A DNA stretch of 64,000 nucleotides from Laetmonice hystrix. Taxonomy: Eukaryota. The notes under the pieces were generated by a model. That model saw nothing but the letters and a program-made list of their open reading frames with translations, searched no databases and was not told the origin of the DNA. Made by a program: the position numbers and the translations under genes. Below, piece after piece: positions 1 through 12,177 of this stretch. Where the stretch lies: NCBI GenBank assembly GCA_965235115.1, contig OZ249436.1, positions 50,654,001-50,718,000 on the forward strand. The letters are read 5' to 3'. Every line of letters starts with the position of its first letter. The stretch's first letter is position 1.

Positions 1-104
1 GAGTAATCGTTACTATCCTTACATTGATAACTACCGGAATCATGAACGCTGACTGAATGTCTCGTGATCAGACTGATGACACGCTGGTCCTCTACGTCAA
101 TCGA

Positions 105-173
105 TGACGTAATGATGACGCGACTTCCGGTACTGCGCAGTGGGTTTCCGTTGTGGAACCACGTCAAGTAAGA
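105..173 (+). promoter_or_regulatory. Promoter-like motif cluster with a possible short non-coding first exon
   Basis: CRE-like TGACGTAA (105-112), ETS-type ACTTCCGG (123-130), locally CpG-rich, followed by a donor-like AA|GTAAGA at 168. Motif matches only; no downstream exon identified. Confidence 0.3.
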
Positions 174-1463
174 TCCCTCCTCACCGATACATTTTAACGT
201 GAAACTTCCGCCTTGTGTAACACGCATTTCTTCACCATCCGGTTCCACTATACGCACTTTCTCTTCTGAAAGTTAATGGAACAGAAACAGAAAATAACTC
301 TACGGAAAAAAGGTGAATTATCATAGGCCTAAGTATAGTTTCCCTGGGACTACGCATATAGATTAGCAATCAAAATCGTCGGTACTAAACTAATCTGTCG
401 TCTTCTTTTTTAAGTGACAGTTATGAGTAGGCATAGGCAACATGTTGTGGTGGCGTTTTAGCTCGCAAGTCTTGTTGAACTCTAAGTTCATCTAACATTG
501 CGACTGTAGGCTATACATAATGTATAACGTAAACATTACATCTGTTCAGTTCGCCTGGCACCGTGGCCCAGCAAAACTAAGTGTAAATTGAGGTGTCGTT
601 GGTCGCCACTCAGTGTCATTTCTCATGCTCACTTAAGGCATGACAGGGGCGCTGTCTGTTTCATATCATGGGCCGCTTGCGTAACCTCGATGTGACAACG
701 AGGTTGCAGGAACGAGATTGTACGAGAACTGACGTATGGCGCCGGGTGGCCACCGACGCGATAGTCTCTCATTAACGTAAACTTTTTTTCTCTCTCTATT
801 CGCATAAATAGCAATCTGCTGAATGAACGGCCAGTTTATGATTACTCGGTCTACAAATTGCGACATGGCCAATATGACATCTCATACATGTCAAGTGGAA
901 TATGTCTCGGCAAACTGATGTATCAGACGACAGTTACCTCGAGTGAATATTACCAGGAAATGTTGAAACTCCCTCGTCATGGCTTTGTTCACCCATCCAA
1001 TTGTCTGCCAAGGACTGACAATTTTATGTTATACTATTATTTAGAAGTCTCTATTAGGCATATTGAGATAATTTTGCAGTGACCTTTTGAAGTGAATCGG
1101 TCTTGTTCGCCATTAGAACAGTTACGTACGTCTTTTTTGTTTGTTCTTTTTCTGGTCCATATACTCACGCATGCATTTAGTACTAACTAGTCCAAATAGT
1201 TTTAATCCCTGGGTCCCGACAGACTGGATACTAACTAAACCACCTCAGTCTTTTTTTTTTTTTTTTTTTTTTATTTGAACAAAAATCAGCCGTTAACAGT
1301 TGTAGACATGAACAATTGACATGAGCCGGGCGACTACCGGAGGCCTATATTGGCCTATACTGGTGTCTGTATCTATCTCTGGTAAATATACAATTCAGGT
1401 AATTAGCGGATGAGCTAATGGAGCTGAGATATTGAACTATATGATTACATGTATAGTATGAAT

Positions 1464-1741
1464 AACAAACTTAAGACTAAGAGTGGAAGGAAGCATTGTG
1501 TAGTTTAGGCCTATAGTTTCTGAGAAAATAAGACACTTCTTAGTTTACGTTTGAAGGTTGTGATACAACACTTATGGTCAAATAGTTCAGCGTATATTGC
1601 TAAACTTAAACAAACTTAGGACTAAGAGTGGAAGGAGGCATTGTGTAGTTTATAGTTTCTGAGAAAATAAAACACTTTTTAGTTTGCGTTTGAAGGTTGT
1701 GATGCAGCACTTATGGTCAAATAATTCAGCGTATATATTGC
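1464..1741. repeat. Tandem duplication (~135 bp x2) of the LINE ORF2 end and 3' UTR start
   Basis: 1464-1600 and 1609-1741 align with 8 substitutions and 2 small indels by manual comparison. Confidence 0.9.
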
Positions 1742-2804
1742 CAAGTCTAGGGAGTTGTACGAGTATCGATTTTTCCATATAGGATGTTCTAGATCTAGGT
1801 ACGTACCAATCATTTTCCTGTCTAGTTTGACGACTTTTAACATTTCTGTTCTTCTGGAACAGTTCGGGGAATGTACTTGGAAGCAAATTATTGTTCATTT
1901 TGTATATTAAGACCAAGATGACAAATTTATACTGAAGGTCTAGGGGTAGAATGTTCAATGACTTAAAAAGAGGTAGTGTATGATCCAATCTGCCACTTCC
2001 AGTAAGTAACCTAATGATCTTCTTTTGAAGAATAATTATCGGAGACAAAATAGTTTCACCAGCAGAACCCCACACTGACAGACCATTTATCAGATACGGA
2101 TGTATAAAGCTGAAGTATAAAATTCTTATGTTGTCTCGTGATATTGTTTTAATTAGCTTTTTAAGGATTGCAAAATTTTTACTAATTTTCAAGGAAATAT
2201 AGTTAATATGGGATTTCCAGTTTAGTTTTTCTTCTATATTAAAACCTAAAAACTTGGTTACACTTACCCTTTGAATTTGATGATTATGAATATAAACATT
2301 TACATCAATAGTAGGGTCAGTTCCTTTCCGAGAAAAAAGAATAAATTTGGATTTGTTTGTATTTAATGATAGCTTATTATCAGCAAGCCAGTTTATAATT
2401 AATTTAAGTTCCTCATTCGCTTTGACAATTAGGTCCACTGGGGAGGAGCCCTGGAGGAATAGACTGCTGTCATCAGCAAACATCCAAAAATAAAATCTTT
2501 TTGAAACAGTGGGCAAATCATTGATATAAATCAAAAACAATAAAGGACCTAAGATGGAACCTTGTGGGACTCCTGTAAGAACGTTCTGGTTTAGAGAAAT
2601 ACTATTTTTGAAGATCACTTGTTGTTCACGGTTCATCAAGTAGTTTTCGAACCATTTTAATGGGGTCCCCCTGATGCCATAATGATGAAGTTTGTTTAAT
2701 AGAATTTGGAAGTTAACTGTGTCAAACGCCTTGCTAAAGTCCAGAAAGATTCCAAGAACATGCTCTCTATTTTCAAAGGCTTCAGTAAAAGGCTTTTCGA
2801 TCAT
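1650..2804 (-). CDS. Truncated LINE ORF2: reverse transcriptase and C-terminal region, no endonuclease domain
   Basis: RT motifs GIFLDFSKAFDTV, GVPQGSILGPLLFLIYINDL, FADD and KFLG, plus a CR1/L2-type C-terminus (LNWKSHI...HPYL..G.SVWG...LQKK.IR...HT.PLFK.LNIL). The frame is open for 384 aa but lacks the N-terminal half of ORF2. Confidence 0.9.
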   Translation of the reverse strand: MIEKPFTEAFENREHVLGIFLDFSKAFDTVNFQILLNKLHHYGIRGTPLKWFENYLMNREQQVIFKNSISLNQNVLTGVPQGSILGPLLFLIYINDLPTVSKRFYFWMFADDSSLFLQGSSPVDLIVKANEELKLIINWLADNKLSLNTNKSKFILFSRKGTDPTIDVNVYIHNHQIQRVSVTKFLGFNIEEKLNWKSHINYISLKISKNFAILKKLIKTISRDNIRILYFSFIHPYLINGLSVWGSAGETILSPIIILQKKIIRLLTGSGRLDHTLPLFKSLNILPLDLQYKFVILVLIYKMNNNLLPSTFPELFQKNRNVKSRQTRQENDWYVPRSRTSYMEKSILVQLPRLGNIYAELFDHKCCITTFKRKLKSVLFSQKL

Positions 2805-4553
2805 AATCGTCGTAATTCAGTAAATGCGAACATTTCAGATGACAATATGCCTGTATCTGATCACTTAATGACAGGAGAAATCGATTGATTGGATGTTGGC
2901 TATGGATTGCTGAGTTGGACGATGAAGTTTGGGTCCCCGCCAAAAAACATGTTAAAGAGCCACTTCATTATCCTCAAGGTTAGCCAAAAATAGTTCACAG
3001 GTCAACTTTGCCATTCTAAAGTAGAACTCCAAAAACTAAGGGCATAGACGCTCTAGTGACTATGACCACTTGCTACATCTCAGGTATACATTGTACATGC
3101 CAGCAGATAGGACGTTCAGGTGGTGTTTGCCCCTGGAACCTTTCCTTGGGTGAAAGAACAGGCAAGATGTTTCCCTAATTGGACCTCGTGTTGGTCCCCT
3201 GGCCACCGGTCAACAAGAGTCGTAAAGAAGATAAACCTATTGGCGGCTGTCCTTAACGTTATAGCCCAGAGCTGTGGCAAGGAGATCGACCAGCGCGTAC
3301 AGGTGGACATAATGCCAGAACCGTCTTATTTATGGCTACCATACCCCCGCCTCTGTCATAACTCAGGCCGGGCCCAAACGCCGGCTTTAGGTCTTCGCCG
3401 CCAGGTGGCGTACCTGAGCGTACACCCACAGCACATCTGTATCCTATCGTACACATCTCCTGCTCGCCTCAACACTGAGTGAAAGCGCGTCTAGATTCTT
3501 TGCTCTTTATAACTCGCTCGCGGTATCCCATGTCGCCTGGCTCGTGACTGATCTGTTTGGGCAAGGATCCAAGAGGTGTTTTTACTCTGATAGGTGTCAG
3601 CCTGACTCCCAGCGCAGCACCAATGATCAGCTGCCTGCAATGACTTCCGGCGACTTGAACTGGTCCTAAGAGTCAGCCAGAACGAGAGAAATCATGATGG
3701 ACTGATGGCCTATCTACTTCATGTTTCAAGGAGATCCGGCCTTCATAACCCGCCGCGTGCCATCTTGCCTCGACACCACGATCACAGGGGCCAAGTCAGT
3801 TGGCAATTGGGCTTAAGGCCATCGGTCGTGGCCAGTTCTAGGTATCTCGGGCGGTCGGGGTCGGCGGGTTGAAAGGTAAGCCAACAGGTACGAGACGAGA
3901 TGGACATGGCTATACTGGGCTAGATCATCGTGTTACCAGACAACGGTCAATCTTTCTGACATGATCTTGTCTGTCTCTCACCAACGTGAAGAGTGTGCTG
4001 ACTCGACCGTTTGGTCCTCACTTCTCTCTCAGCTAACTGAAACCCCCAGTTTAAATAACCTCCCTTGTTTTTGATTAAACATCGGGCTAACTCGGAGCAA
4101 TAAATCACATTTCGTTTCTTTTACGTAATTGCTTTTAAGTGGTTCTTTCTCTGAAGTCGACATCAGAAGAAGTCGTTCTGACTTAATGCTTCGGTGACCT
4201 ATACCGAGCTCTTCCCTTAGCAGTTTGTTCTGTTAATCGAATTAAATAGACTTACAGCATCCGAAAATCCTTATTTTATTGTACGCAGTGAAATGTAAGT
4301 AACCAACCTTTTGTTTAATGACAAAAGGCAATCTGTGCTTCCCATAGCACACATTTAGGACCGGTCAATAGACGGAAAGAACAAGCCCGCCCGTTAAGCC
4401 GTGTTATCAGCGCGGCAAAGTTTTGCCACCTTTCTGCAACCATTGCCAGACGAAATGGTGTTCCAGTGAATTCATAAACATCAGTGATTAAGGCAAAGTT
4501 TATTTTTAAGGATGTGTTTACGGACATATTTTCTTGTTAAGGATGGAGCTTAC

Positions 4554-4692
4554 CTGTTGGCGCTGTTTGGATTTCTAATAGAATCTCATCCCTCTCAAAA
4601 TAATCACTGGGATTGAAGCAAACGTAGATACCGCCGTCAACCTCATAAACCTGCATGGTGAGAACACTGGTCCGGATACCTGTCGATTCCAC
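4554..4692 (-). CDS. Ig-domain exon C (C-terminal strands): VESTGIRTSVLTMQVYEVDGGIYVCFNPSDYFERDEILLEIQTAPT
   Basis: Acceptor ttgtttccatgacaaccag| and donor CAG|GTAAGC; 139 nt, phase 0 to 1. Contains the Ig F-strand motif D-x-G-x-Y-x-C. Not in the ORF track. Confidence 0.85.
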
Positions 4693-4904
4693 CTGGTTGT
4701 CATGGAAACAATGTTTTTAGTCAAGCTGTAGTCATGTTTCAAGTGTAACTCGTGCAGTCTGGATTGACTTATTGATATGATTACATGTGGCTTTCTCTAG
4801 CAATTGTGCTCAATTACTTGGCATTGAAGTGGCGTCAATAGATTATTTATAATTATAATTATAATTATAATAATTATTTGTACATTTGTAAATAAAGAGC
4901 TCAC

Positions 4905-4951
4905 CAGTTCCTCTGATATACTTCTGTCTTTATCACTAATGGTCATTCCTC
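4905..4951 (-). CDS. Ig-domain micro-exon B: (G)GMTISDKDRSISEEL
   Basis: Acceptor actttccactttcag| and donor CTG|GTGAGC; 47 nt, phase 1 to 0. It exactly bridges the phases of the two flanking Ig exons. Confidence 0.78.
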
Positions 4952-5332
4952 CTGAAAGTGGAAAGTGTCATCGATGTGAGGTCAGTCAGAGGGATTCAAT
5001 GTGGAAGTCAGACGTATACATTATGTAGTTATCAAATCATCTTTAAATCATGACTCGTTTGAGTTTTGAATATTACATTTTTATAGTTTTATATCACTCA
5101 CGCGTTGAACATTTCTCATCCTTTATAAAAAAAAAAGAGAAAAATAACCTCGTGAGGTTCTGAGAAGGCTGAAGATGGATGTCCAGCACAAAGGACGGAA
5201 TTTAATGACACAAGATACTAGAGCGGAGCGATAGAGATTGGACGAAGTGCGTGTTATATATTCTATGACTTCCCAGGAGGGGAAGAGGTTGACATGGGGT
5301 GAGAAAACTATAGGAGGTGGAGAAAGTCGTAC

Positions 5333-5443
5333 CTATTGACCACCTGATGGTTTGACCATCAGTCGCCTCACACCTAATGGTCAGTGTCTGTCCCACGGTC
5401 ACCGCCACCGAGTCTCCTGCTGGCGACACGATCTCCACGTTTC
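5333..5443 (-). CDS. Ig-domain exon A (N-terminal strands): (G)NVEIVSPAGDSVAVTVGQTLTIRCEATDGQTIRWSI
   Basis: Acceptor gttgtttttttaacag| and donor TAG|GTACGA; 111 nt, phase 1 to 1. Has the Ig B-strand Cys (TLTIRC) and C-strand Trp. The joined domain has 52 residues between the two Cys. Confidence 0.85.
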
Positions 5444-6473
5444 CTGTTAAAAAAACAACGTCAAACAAAACATGAGAAACGTCAAACCAAACATGTAGTT
5501 TGCGTACAGGGCTCACGTCCTGTGTACTGTAATAACTGCGTTCTTGTGTTTTCATTTGGCCGTAGGGAACCTAAGCCCGCCGGCCAGTCATCTCCAGGCA
5601 CAAACCTTTAGACTTGATGATTCACTCCGAGCCGACATGCCCGGTGATTAATGACACCTACTTGTATCCTTAGCCTGTACTATTAATTGGACTGATTCTC
5701 ATGTAGGCCTAATCTAATTCGTGTCCCAAAACATGTCCATCTCCCGTTTTGTATCATGCTGTGACCTTCAGAAAGTCAGAAATTACAGGAAGTGAAAGAA
5801 ACGCCACATGCAAAGCTGCATGCCTGGCGTCCTTGGCGACGAGAAAGTGAAAAAAAGAAAGCTCTAATCTCCCGTGACATTTTCAGAGCATCTTGACATT
5901 CATCACTTGTCTACAGTTAACCTTCCTTCACGTTCAGAGAAAGGGGTTCTGAGGAAGTTGTGGGTTAGGTCTGTTCTCGACAGCCTGCTATCCATTAATG
6001 GCGTCTCTTATCTTGTTCGACACAAAAAAAAGGTGGTTGAATGACCCGCCGGGGTCTCCACGCCCGGGATAAGGCGGGCAATGAGGCGTCCGCTGTTGTT
6101 CTTCAAGGCGACCCGTTACAAGTTGGCACGCGCGATGCTGCACTTACCCCCGCTGTAATGGTTCGAGTGGGGTCGCCACGGATGGCCACTAGGGGCGCCA
6201 CTGATTACACTTCCTACTCCTCAAGACTAATACTATAAGGTGTCTGAGCCATTCCCTGCATCCTGTAGGCCCTGGGGTTTTACATATAAACGCGGGTCGT
6301 TAAAACCATACCTCCAATGCGAACTCACCGCTGTGTACAATTCGTCGAGAATCAGGCACTTTGATCAAATTGGGGTGTTCCTTTTCATCACATCGCTCCA
6401 CTGCTCACTTTTTATTGTTTTTATCCCATATATTTAATAAATCAAACGTTTGAAAATGCGAACCGAGCAGTTT

Positions 6474-6739
6474 GATTTCCGTTGCCTGCAATGTTGTTAG
6501 TCCGAATGCGCATGCGCACTGAAGGCCAGTAGGGGAGCATAACATCACACAAGGAGCCAAGCACTCCTCCATTATGGCCCGAGATCCGGGCCCCCTTCTT
6601 AGATAATAACTGCTCCCTTCGTTTATTTAAAATGGCCGCCGGCCGTGACGATGTTGAAGTGCCCGCTTGGTTTGAAAAATCACCTGCTTTGTAGAAGGAC
6701 TTGAGCTAAATTCATTGGACTCAATGGCTGAAGGTAAAG
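6474..6739 (+). promoter_or_regulatory. Housekeeping-type promoter motif cluster with a possible first exon
   Basis: Perfect NRF1-type palindrome TGCGCATGCGCA (6507-6518), YY1-like AAAATGGCCGCC (6629-6640), donor-like AAG|GTAAAG at 6734. Confidence 0.35.
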
Positions 6740-9553
6740 GCAAAACTTCATTTGGAATGATTGGCTATGTGCGCTACAGCTTCCCATTCTGCGCGTTTTA
6801 AAGTTCTCCCATTTGTGTAGCTTTGGCAATAGGCCGAGTATTGCGAGGCCTATCACAGAGGCAAATACCAACACCAACGTGTTCGCTGACATTGCCGTTG
6901 ATGGACAGGCCTTATATTCTCTATATCACTGTAAGTTCCTTGGTTTCAGTTGAGTACGACGCTCCGGCTGGAACTGATTGATGTTCCCCCTGATTGATTG
7001 ATCGGTTCTGAGACCGTGATCGTAGAACAACACGACTGGTAGTTGGCGGTTGGCGTCCAGCTGCCCGCTCAATCCGTGCCGCGTGATACTATCGGTAGAG
7101 GGCGCCGCGCACGCACGCGCTGCGGGAAAAGTAAACACCTTTCCGCCTGCGTTTCGTTCAGCTGAACTATGCTTGTCAGGCACGAGGCTGTCCAAATAAG
7201 TTCACATTCCTTCAAATTGAAACAACAACAACAGGCTAAAAACCCTCGCTCGGCCCACCCTGATCAATGCTAGGCCTACCTTCTGCTCTCTCTATCTGTA
7301 TTTCTGTCTCTCTTGAATCTATAAAATAGCATCTGCTCTATTGATATGATGTTTGCAGGACACTCTACATAATTATGTTGGTGATCCTCTTGATTTCAAG
7401 ACTCATGACGTAACACTGGCCACGCCCTCCGGGTATTTCCCGCATGACGTAACAGTCTCGTCTGCTCTCAGACGACGCACATATAATGACGCTTTACATT
7501 ACAGCGTTCCATGGCAAGTTCGGACAAGCACTCCAAATCGGGCCGGTAGCCTGCAACTGAACGCTTTCCTGGGAAAGTCTCAACCATCTTAACACAAACT
7601 CTCTCCGAAATGACTGTCTGAAGTATAAAAACAGTTGGCTGCGTGGATTTCTGTCTGCTGTTTCCCCCGGCAGAAGAGGAACATACAGTGAAGCCTGCAC
7701 GTATTGTAAATAGTATAAGTTCGATTCCTCAAACCTCAAGCATCGGTAGATCTATACTTTGATGTTCAAGGAGATGCATGGTACGCTGAGGCCTCTAAGA
7801 TAACACTTGGAAAACGCCCCGTTCCATTTTTTGTATACTTCTTTCTCGCCTTCCGTTCATGTCCACCAGCAGTGCTGAGTTAAATATAGAAGTGTAAACA
7901 TTTTGATCGAGCCCAGACTCCTTCTAAAGGGCTAGCCTCTATTTGGGTAATGTAGTGCTGCGTATACATATAATTGAAAAACTCTTATATTGGCTTCAGT
8001 CAAAGTGATGTATACATAGATAAGGAAATGCAATAAATACGAATAAATCCAATAAAACAAATTCAATCCTGACTGAGTGTTGAAGGTCGCCAGAATTATG
8101 AATGATACATTCAGAAACGGTCAGGTAAGTAACCGACCAAAAGTCGATCGTTCGTAATATATTGCTTCAATGTTGTGCTCTTGATATACTCGGTCAGTTG
8201 TTTATATCTAACCACGAGTGTTCTATTGCTGAGACACACTTGAATCAAAGTTCCTCTTTTTCTCTCAAAGCTCTTGCTTGCCGCTCGCCAAATGATTCTA
8301 ATCTTGATTTAGATAAACAACAAGCACATTCCGGACGTGCTGGTCCACACCGGAGACGCTATAGCTTCTATTTGAGCGATCGCAGGATAATATCATGAAG
8401 CTGTAGGATCAACACGGCTTCCCGGTGGCACAGGTTCGGAGGTAGGACCGCTCAGCTACCACCTGCAACTCCTTGCCGGTCTATATGTCTGCCCCAGCCG
8501 GGTTATGTACGGCGGGCGTACGGCACGGACCATGGCCCGCACTCAGGTAATGAGGCCGCCAATAATGGCGGGTACCTTGGTCATTAACGTCCCGTCCACC
8601 GCACAACATTCTTCTCCAACACGTGTGCCTTCGTTAAGTGGGGGTAAAAACGTTGTCCATGATTTACACCTTTATGGGACACTGCAAATTGGATATGTGC
8701 CATGTTGCGTACACTTGGAGAACATATACTTTGAGTTGATTATGTTGTTTTCCGGAGACTGAGCTCCTCTGTTTGAAACTTCTGTAAAGGGGTACGACAC
8801 GGACAGACAAGATCCATAGCACACGTACAACATGTTCCGCCGACCCGCTTTCTGCTGAGTAAGCACTACCTGCTGCGACATAGGGGGTCGGGGGCGGTCG
8901 TACGTACCCTCAGGTATATGGGCCGCCAGGGGGCGGGGCGCTAGGGGTACAGTCACATTCTGGTTATCGTCGGAGGTTTTTCCTGTTGATGTGAGACGTC
9001 CTAACATAACAGCCTCTCCACAGGTACAGAGGGCTGGCAATGTCACAATAGCTGTCACATTGCGTCGACTTCTCAACGACTTCAACACCTCCTGTCCATC
9101 TCCAACTTCCAGCAACATCTCCATTTATGGCGCGCAAAGAGAAGGTTAGGGGAGTGCCGAAAAAAGGAATGGTGCATTCTTAACGCCTTTATTATGACGT
9201 GGCGGAGTGTGGGGGTTTCCAGAGGCTGGGATGAAGCCACCAAAACCGAACCTCTGGTGGGTGTAAATCATACGGCCAACATATGTCAGGAGGAGAAAAA
9301 AAAAACTTTAGGAAACCTGAGTGTTATTACTCGTCATGGACACCTCATCAACTCCAGGGCTGAAGACGGGTGATCCGTACAATGGGACACTCCTTATGTT
9401 GTGTATGGATTTAGAATTAAAGTGAATTCGAAACACTTCATCGTCTGAAAATGGGATTCATATTACTTCTCTGTCTCCTGTATATACATGGCTTATATAC
9501 GTACACGACAAGAGAAAGATATTCTCATTCTTGTGTTGTATAATATCCTTCTT

Positions 9554-9681
9554 NNNNNNNNNNNNNNNNNNNNNNNNNNNNNNNNNNNNNNNNNNNNNNN
9601 NNNNNNNNNNNNNNNNNNNNNNNNNNNNNNNNNNNNNNNNNNNNNNNNNNNNNNNNNNNNNNNNNNNNNNNNNNNNNNNNN
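9554..9681. other. Assembly gap (N run)
   Basis: Run of N. Other gaps are at 18200-18412, 26926-27056, 31879-32091 and 43600-43747. Confidence 0.99.
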
Positions 9682-11022
9682 GCCAATAAAACAAAACGTC
9701 CCCCTAAGTCTGATACCAATGCAGATGATGCAGACATATTGTAAGAAAAACTAAACGCGAAAAGTGAAAGAAGGAAACAAAAGATAGAAAAAACGATTAA
9801 AACATCTTTTTAGTGGTTACTTGTTAAAGCTCAGGTAAAATACATAACAGAATAATAATGCCCTTATGTTGCAGATAAGATCCTATGTTTATAGGAATGA
9901 ATTCGTAGTATTAGCGAACGAAAATCAGATCGACGTCAGATGGAGCTATAATGGTTCTCGTGCTCCGATCATTTCCTCACCGCGAAGATGTCAACATTAA
10001 AACACGATCGTCTTTCAGTATGAAATCAACACAAAATGAGGTAACTAGTATAATATCATGCATTGCCTATAGATATGCACTCTAAGTATCACACAGGTAT
10101 ATTTTTAGAATGTCTATTTGGAAACTTGTTCAATTTTTACCTCCGCTTTAACGATATAGCCTACTATTCAATTGATAACCAATATTTGCTAGTCTGGCCT
10201 ACATATAGGGCCTACTGCCTCGGGAGCAGACAGTAAAGATTATTGGAAAGACGAACAAAGGACAACGTGAAGGGTGTATACAAGTCGTATGTACTTCTCG
10301 AGTTGCTAAATTATACCTGTGGCTATTAGTTTCCGAGTTTTTAGCGGTTACAGACTCGGCCGTCGGCGTTATACCTAGCTCAGCCTCCCGGTGCCTGTCA
10401 CGGCCAGCCTCCAGTGGCATCCCACGTCCTCTATAACGGAATCATACCTTGCCAACCCCTGGTCAGTCTACCCCCTAGTTTACCCGCTTACCCCTACAGC
10501 TGCCAATTAAACCTCAAACTGACCAGCACACTAATTCCGGACCTGTCAGCTGGAGTGATCCTGGTCATCTATAACTGCCAACAGCGACGATACAACCACG
10601 ATACCAACGATCCCACAGCGAGATTCCACGGCTCTCTTTTAAAAACAACATAACCATCAATAACACGTCAAACCGACATGCCGTATTCCGATGGACAGAA
10701 GCTTACCAACGACTAAATCTTTCATCTCTAGGCCTGCTATACCTGCTCCTGGGGGGTTCGTTCCCGAGAGCACTGCTAAAGTAACGCGATCACGTTTGTG
10801 TTTTGGGAAAGGGTCCGCAACTGCACGGGTGCTCCCGCGTCTGGTCATGTACAATTAAGAGAATATCAAGTTAGACCAGCACCAATTAGGGCCATCCTTT
10901 ATTACAATTAGCATTAGAATAATTACTTCAACCGCGGCAGGGAATCATGTGGTCGCCATACGCCGTGAGGCTTCAGGTGCTATCACACTGAAAACGTTGT
11001 AAAATGTGTTTTCGACCTGAAC

Positions 11023-11357
11023 AAGACCTTCAGACTTCCTTACAACTCTAGTCCCACCGCCCACCCTTCAGGAAATCACTCAATCTGAAGAAGACCTTCA
11101 GACTTCCTTACAACTCTAGTCCCACCGCCCACCCTTCAGGAAATCACTCAATCTGAAGAAGACCTTTAGACTTCCTTACAACTCTAGTCCCACCGCCCAC
11201 CCTTCAGGAAATCACTCAATCTGAAGAAGACCTTTAGACTTCCTTACAACTCTAGTCCCACCGCCCACCCTTCAGGAAATCACTCAATCTGAAGAAGACC
11301 TTTAGACTTCCTTACAACTCTAGTCCCACCGCCCACCCTTCAGGAAATCACTCAATC
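11023..11357. repeat. Minisatellite, 68-bp unit, ~5 copies
   Basis: Unit AAGACCTTCAGACTTCCTTACAACTCTAGTCCCACCGCCCACCCTTCAGGAAATCACTCAATCTGAAG; starts at 11023, 11091, 11159, 11227, 11295. Confidence 0.97.
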
Positions 11358-12177
11358 AATCTATACGTGTAAAAATTAGACTCTTATTGGAGGACTCATG
11401 TAACAGAGGAACTATAATCTTTAAAATATTTACAATATTACAGAATTTCAATTCATATAATGCAGTCAGGTGCTAAGAGATATGGGAAGAACATCTCTGA
11501 CAAATAGGCCTATGATAGATAGGCCTATATGCCTAAACGGGGCGATGCCCTACAGAGAAGCTTCTCGGGCACGATGCCGTATTGGATTCAGGTAAAGCAA
11601 TGCTCTATGTTTATGTTGTTCATTATAAATCTCGCCGACTCTCGCGTTTGAAGTTGTTGTGCGGGATCCGATGAACTAGCAGCAGCCGGATTCTGCTGAT
11701 AGGCACCACACGCCACATTTCACGCTCGACAGAAATATAAATTTACCTTCGCGAGACACGGCAGTAAAGGTCGCGTGGCCGCGGAGGGCCTTGGGGTCAG
11801 ACGATGTCACGTGGACCACATGTTGGGGTCACGACCCGAGTTAGCCCGTCATACGTCACCGTCACCATGGCGCGCGCGCGCATGCGCCGGCGCACGTTGA
11901 GCGTGACGCGCATCTATTCGCGGTGCCCCTAATGATGTTTGCATGAACCACTATAGGTCTGGGATATCAGCCCGCGGGGAGGGGGGAATGTCTCCAGAGA
12001 TGAGGGCGTCTAAGTAGGCAACCTGCTGGACTCATCAGCCGGGGTGGGAGTGGAAGGGGTGGGGTTGGGCTACGACTAGCCATCGTCGACTGTGGAGGAG
12101 GGCAACGTTGATCACCCGAAGGGTCAGTGCGCATGACCAGATGTTTCCCGTCGCTCAATCTACGGAAGGTTGTACTT

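Larger units (their letters stand above)
1251..2804 (-). mobile_element. 5'-truncated non-LTR retrotransposon (CR1/L2 superfamily, Crack/L2-like) with 3' UTR and poly(A) tail
   Basis: The minus-strand RT ORF is followed by a ~380-nt 3' UTR ending ...GTTCAAAT(A)22 (T22 at 1251-1272 on plus). Homology starts abruptly at about TEAFEN (~2790). No target-site duplication is visible. Confidence 0.92.

Noticed and set aside
2940-3050. Minus-strand FLEFYFRMAK.. resembling the Harbinger transposase FRM motif
   Set aside because: Very short, bounded by stops, and no further transposase motifs follow.
3160-3200. Partial matches to miR-31 (AGGCAAGATGTT) and miR-133 (TTGGTCCCCT)
   Set aside because: Only 12 and 10 nt match before diverging, and no precursor hairpin was seen.
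8672-9124. 150-aa minus-strand ORF (MEMLLEVGDG...)
   Set aside because: No recognisable domain, weak splice support, and a length within chance range for GC-rich DNA.
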